A DNA stretch of 64,000 nt from the human T2T-CHM13v2.0 reference genome, Homo sapiens. This document shows positions 58,794 through 64,000 of the stretch, piece by piece. The notes under the pieces were generated by a model. The model saw nothing but the letters and a program-made list of their open reading frames with translations. It was not told the origin of the DNA and did no database searches. Each line of letters opens with the position of its first letter. The stretch's first letter is position 1. The position numbers and the translations under genes were made by a program. Location: assembly GCF_009914755.1 (NCBI RefSeq), contig NC_060940.1. One strand, written 5' to 3'.

Positions 58794-59758
58794 ACATGAG
58801 CATGGCAAAGGGCAGGATTACACCAAAAGCCAAAGCGAGAGCCTTCTTTTTTTCCATCTTTCTTTTCTTTTCTTTCCTTTTCCCCTTTCTTTTCTCTTCT
58901 GATTACTTCAGTCTTCTCTTCCTCATTTTCCCTTTTATTCTATACTTCCCTTTAAAAATGTTTCATAACTTTAAAAAAATTGACATATCATAGTTCGTAC
59001 TTGGGGGGTACACGTGATGTTTTGATACCTATATACAATGTGTAGTGATCAAATCATGGCAATTGGGTTACCTATCACCTCAAACATTTTTCTTTCCCCT
59101 GTGTTGGGAACGTTACAATTCTTTCTCTTCTAGCTATTTTTAAATCTACAATAAATTATTGTTAACTATAATTTCCCTACTGAACTATCAAATACTAAAA
59201 CTTATTCTTCCATGTAACTGTATTTTTGTACCCATTAACCAACTTCTCTTTCCCCCTTTTCCTCCTTCCCTCCCCAGCCTCTGGTAAGCACTATTCTACT
59301 CTCTACCGCCATGAGATCTATTTTTTTTTAGCTACCACATAGGCATGAGAACATGTGATATTTGTTTTTGTGTGTCTGGTTTATTTCACTTAACATAATG
59401 ACCTCCAGTTCCATCCATGTTTCTGCAAATGACAGGGCTTCACTCTTTTTATTGCTGAATAATATTCCGTTGTGTATACAAACTACATATTCTTTATCCA
59501 TTGATGCACACTTAGGTAGAGTCCGTATCTTGACTGTTGTGAATAGTGCTCTAATAAACATGGGAGTGCAGTATATCTTCAATATAATGATTTCCTTTCT
59601 TTTGGATATATACCCAGCGGCAGTATTTTTGGATCATATGGCAGTTCTATTTTTAGTTTTTTGAGGATCTCCATAATATTTTTCGTATGGCTGTACTACT
59701 TTGCATTTCTACAACAGTATACAAGAATTCCCCTTTCTCTGCATTCTTTCCAGGATTT

Positions 59759-60070
59759 GTTTTATTTTATTTTATTTATTTTATTTTTGAGATGGAGTCT
59801 CGTTCTGTCACCCAGCCTGGAGTATAATGGCATGGTCTTGGCTCACTGCAACCTCCACCTCCTGGGTTCAAGCGATTCTCATGCCTCAGCCTCCTGAGTA
59901 GCTGGGATTACAGGTGTGTGCCATCATGCCCAGCTAATTTTTGTGTTTTTACTAGAGATAGGGTTTCGCCATATTGGGCAGGCTGGTGTGGAACTCCTGA
60001 CCTCAAGTGATCAGCCCGCCTCAGCCTCCCCAAGTGCTGGGATTACAGGTGTGAGCCACTGTGCCCTCCC
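59759..60070 (-). mobile_element. AluS
   Basis: (TTTA)n tail followed by the Alu dimer. Confidence 0.92.
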
Positions 60071-60271
60071 GGATTTATTATTTTGTATCTTCTTGATAAT
60101 AATCAATCTAACTGGAGTGAGATGATATCTCATTGTGGTTTTGATTTGCATTTCCCTGAAGGTTAGTGATGTTGAGTTTTTTTTTTTTTTTTTTTGCTTA
60201 ACTTTCGGCCATTTGTATATTTTCTTTTGAGAACTGGCTGTTCAGGTTTTTTGCCCATTAAGAAAAACTAG

Positions 60272-60385
60272 GAATGGGGTCAACTGGGGTGTTGCCCAGG
60301 CCAGCTTCAAACTCCTGGGCTCAATCCTCTTGCCTCAGCCACCTGAGTAGTTGGGACTATAGGCATGTGCCTCTGTGCCTGGCTC
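60272..60385 (-). mobile_element. Alu monomer (FLAM/FAM-like)
   Basis: tgttgcccaggccagcttcaaactcctgggctcaa...gcctcagcc...gggactataggc. Confidence 0.7.
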
Positions 60386-60485
60386 TGTCCGTTTTAAAAT
60401 CAGGTTATTTGCTGTTGTTTGTTTTATTGCTCTTGAGTTGTTTGAGTTCCTTATATATTCTGGTTGTTAATTCCTTGTCGGATGG

Positions 60486-60905
60486 TGCTATAGTTCGGAT
60501 ATCTGACCTTCCAAACCTTCTATTGAAATTTGATCCCCAACAATGGAGGTGGGGCCTAATGGGAGGTGTTTGGGTCATGGGGGCAGATCCCTCATGAATG
60601 ACTTGGTGCCATCCTTGTGGTAATGAACGATTTATCCCTCTATTAGTTCCAAAGAGCTGATTGTTTAGAGTCTGGTGGTACCTTTCACCCCTCTCTCTTC
60701 CCTGCTGTCACACCGTGTGGTCTGTGTACACACCTGCTCTCCTTCACCTTCCACCATGAGTGGAAGCAGCCTGAAGCCTTCACCAGAAGCAGAAGCTGGT
60801 GCCAGGATTCTTGTGCAGCCTGCAGAACAGTGAGCTAAATAAACCTCTTTTCTTTATAAGTCACCTAGTCTCAGGTATTCCTTTAAAGCAACACAAACTG
60901 AGACA
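60486..60905 (+). mobile_element. MSTB1/MSTD-like MaLR solo LTR
   Basis: tgctatagttcggatat...actgagaca with a perfect TSD gatgg. Confidence 0.88.
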
Positions 60906-62267
60906 GATGGATAGTTTGCAAATATTTTCTCCCATGCTGTAGGCGGTCTTTTCACTTCATTAATTGTTCTCTTTGCTGTGCAGAAGTTTTTGGCTTGATA
61001 CAATCACATTTGTCTGTTTTTGCTTTTGTTACTGATGCTTTTGAAGTCTAACCCCCAAAAATCTTTCCCCAGATAAAAGTTTTTTTTTTTTTTTTCTAGT
61101 AGTTTCATAGTATCAGGTCTTACCTCTAAGTCCTTAATCCATTTGGAGTTGACTTTTGTATAGGGTGAAAGATGGGGATTTAACTCACTTTTTCACATCC
61201 ACTATACTTATCTTCCCTCCTATCTTTTTTGTATACATGGTTATAGGATTTTCACCAGTGATTTATTATGTTTTTAGAAAACATGTTTTGCAGAAGAGAA
61301 ACTCTTATGAATTTTCTGTTGTGCTTCAAATCGTAATCATTCAAGGAATATATCCCAAATAGCTCTGATAGGAAACACTATTGAACAATTAGTAAGATAT
61401 GTTCATAAGAATCATTATGAGGAATAAAAACAACTAAGGTTCTTAAAAAGAAAAAAATACTTCCAACTGTAAAAACATCATTTTTTATTAGAATGATCTT
61501 CATTTACTTCAACACAAATAAATTTAAAGCAGCATTAGAAAATGTAGCATTTAATAAAGTCTTTATATATCCTGTTCTCAACTGACATTTTTTCCTTAAG
61601 AAATACCTGAATTTGGTTGTGACATTAAATTCGCAAAGTTTGGCTCTGTATTTTTAGTGCCTTATTTGTGATTTTGTTGTTTTAAAATAAAAGCTATTCA
61701 GTGTGAATAAATTTGAATTGGCAAGCAGAATGGCCTACTACCAAACATTCAATAACCAGATTCAATAACCACATGCCAAGCCAGAACATTGGAAGAATCC
61801 TCAAGTTAATTAAAACAAAGGCTTTAATATTTCTTAGCATTTGCAGCTGTTCTATCCAGAGAGGGCAGGCGCCTGCTGGGTTGTGTTAGCCTGGGATTGG
61901 TAGTTCAGGAAAAAGCAAAAGCAAAGTGAGCTCAAGTTTATTAAGTTTTCTGATGTTCAGTTTCTTCTGTGAAATGGGTATAATAGTAATAGTACTTACC
62001 TTGTAGGTATTCATATTATTATAAAATAAGAAATTGGGTATATGAAAAATTGAGTATGGTATATATTAGTTATTATTCAGTGCTCAGAGGGACAGAGGTC
62101 ATTGTTCTCAAAGGTTTTGCTCTAAGTTTCATTTTTGCTTTTCATTTATGGTTTGACTGCAGCAGACATCTGTATCCATTGTCTTGATGAGGTCTTAATA
62201 CCTTCATTGAAAATTTTATGAGAGGATAATAATAAGCTCATTTAAAAGTTTAAATGTCCATGGTCAT

Positions 62268-62768
62268 TATATTAAAGTTCTCCAGAGAAATAAAACCAGT
62301 AGAATATGTAAAGAGAGATATGAGAAGTGATTTATTATGAGGACTGGCTCACTTGGTGAGGCAAGAGAAGACCCTTGATATGCCATTTGTAGCTGGTGGG
62401 GTAATTCAGTTCAAGTCCAAAGGCCTGAGAACCTGGAGGGTGGGGAGGTGGGTGGTTGGTGCGGACATAAGTCCTGGAGTCTGAAGGCCCAAGAACCAGG
62501 AGCTCCATTGTCAAATGCCAGGAGAAGATGGATATCCCAGCTCAAGAAGAGAGAAAGAGAGAGAATTCACCCTTCCTCCATCACTTTGTTCATTCGTGCC
62601 CTCAATGGATTGGATAGTGCCTTCCCACATTGGTGAAGATTGATCTTCTTTGTTGAGTTTACTGATTCAAATGCTAATCTCTCCTAGACTCACCTGGGAA
62701 TAATATTTTACTAACTATCTGGGCATGCATTAGCTCAGTCATGTTGACACATAAAATTAACCATCATA
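62268..62768 (-). mobile_element. MLT2-like ERVL solo LTR
   Basis: gttctccagagaaataaaacc...gttgacacataaaattaaccatca; TSD gtcat on both sides. Confidence 0.85.
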
Positions 62769-64000
62769 GTCATTATCTTCAAAAAGTCCCTGGGACTGTG
62801 AGTTTCTTAAGGAAAGTCCATATATTATTATTCATGTCACTGCCTGGTTCTTGGTTGATGATAAGGCAATGCTTGTAGCATGACCCAATCTACGACCCTG
62901 TTTATAGGAGGCGATGGTGATCCAGTCCATTATTAAGCAATTAGCATTTGGGAATCAAGCACATGCAGTTCAAGAGAATACCCTAAATGATCCTTTATTC
63001 TCAAGTTGAACTGAGTCCATAGGTAGAATAAGATTTTGGAGTAGCCCCCTTTTGTCTTCAGCTTCAGACCTGTTTATTCTTCTTGGCCTCTGCAGCAGCT
63101 TCTCAACCATCCAGCTCCATTTGGCTCCACTCTAGAATGAGTGGTGGTTGTGGTAGGTTTTGATCCTGACAACTGGATCTTTTATACTGCCAACATTGAT
63201 CCCATGGCAGTTTCTGTTTGTTATGATGCTAATAGTCTTCATCTCTTTTTCTTCTACATTGAATTTTATCACTAAATTCTCCTTCTGGCACCAAGCTTTG
63301 TATGTGCCATACCCTAGAAAGATGATAAGGTGGATGGGGCCAGGGTGAAGAAAAAGAAAGTTCATCTCATCACAAATAAATGAACCTACAGAACAGAGGA
63401 TATTCAATTAAGATCTAAATTTTTGTTTCCCCTACACAAACCACCACAGCTTTTTCAGTAGAAAAAATATTTTTAGTGGAAGCTGAAGTTACCAACATCA
63501 TTGAGGTTGGAAGAAGAATCTTTTCTGGCAGCTGAAAGTAAACGAAAAGAGTCGTAGCCACTGACAGTGAGTTGTGTGTGAAAGCAGCAACCCCAGGCTC
63601 ACTGGCAAGGAATAAAGATGCCAGAGAGCACTGCCTGATTGAAGAAACCGAGGGGAGAGACCAGTCTGAGATGCTGCGGATGGCCAGTAGCTGGACTGCT
63701 TGATAAATGGGGTCCTGGCTATACCACTTCATAGCTGTAATCTATGCAAGTCACTTGATCTTTCTTAATCTGAGGTTATCACCATAAAATGGAGGAACAA
63801 ATACTTGAAATCTGCTCTACTTCATAGGATTGCTGTTATTGTAAAAAAAATGACAAAAATAAGTAGTCAGTCAAATGCTTCTGTTAGATGAGCAAATGGG
63901 TCCCATACAGGAAAGGAATTATGGACCAAAAGCCAGAATTAATGGCCATTTGTAGGTTCCTGCACCAGAATAGATTTTTTTTTCTATGTTGAAAACTGAA

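Larger units (their letters stand above)
58970..61200 (-). mobile_element. L1MA-like 3' region interrupted by an Alu, an Alu monomer and an MST LTR
   Basis: gggggtacacgtgatgttttgatac...tcacttaacataatgacctccagttccatccatg...actggagtgagatgatatctcattgtggttttgatttgc...tttgctgtgcagaag. Confidence 0.85.

Noticed and set aside
58105-58857. 250-aa and 232-aa His/Thr-rich ORFs
   Set aside because: Artefacts of the GT/CA repeat, which lacks stop codons.

Overview
Primate (very probably human) genomic DNA. The left end holds the 5' part of MPHOSPH6, the nuclear RNA exosome cofactor MPP6 (chr16q23.3 from recall), on the minus strand. Coding exon 1 is 7930-7980 (MAAERKTRLSKNLLRMK) and exon 2 is 1887-1999, driven by a CpG-island, GC-box promoter at about 7.6-8.6 kb that looks bidirectional. 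The remaining ~55 kb has no recognisable protein-coding gene and is rich in interspersed repeats: about 17 Alus, MaLR/ERVL solo LTRs with intact target-site duplications (TSDs), DNA transposon fossils, old L1/L2/MIR, and one full-length but dead L1PA5/6-like element (41.55-47.69 kb). I found no new gene system. The most unusual sequence-level observations are: (1) a 52-nt inverted copy of unique sequence from 1.25 kb away inserted in an Alu, resembling a break-repair scar; (2) a candidate LTR-derived poison exon in MPHOSPH6 intron 1; (3) a nested L2>Alu>microsatellite>L1 structure; (4) a nascent minisatellite inside an Alu. Repeat subfamily names come from visual recall of consensus sequences, not from a search, and boundaries of old repeats are approximate.
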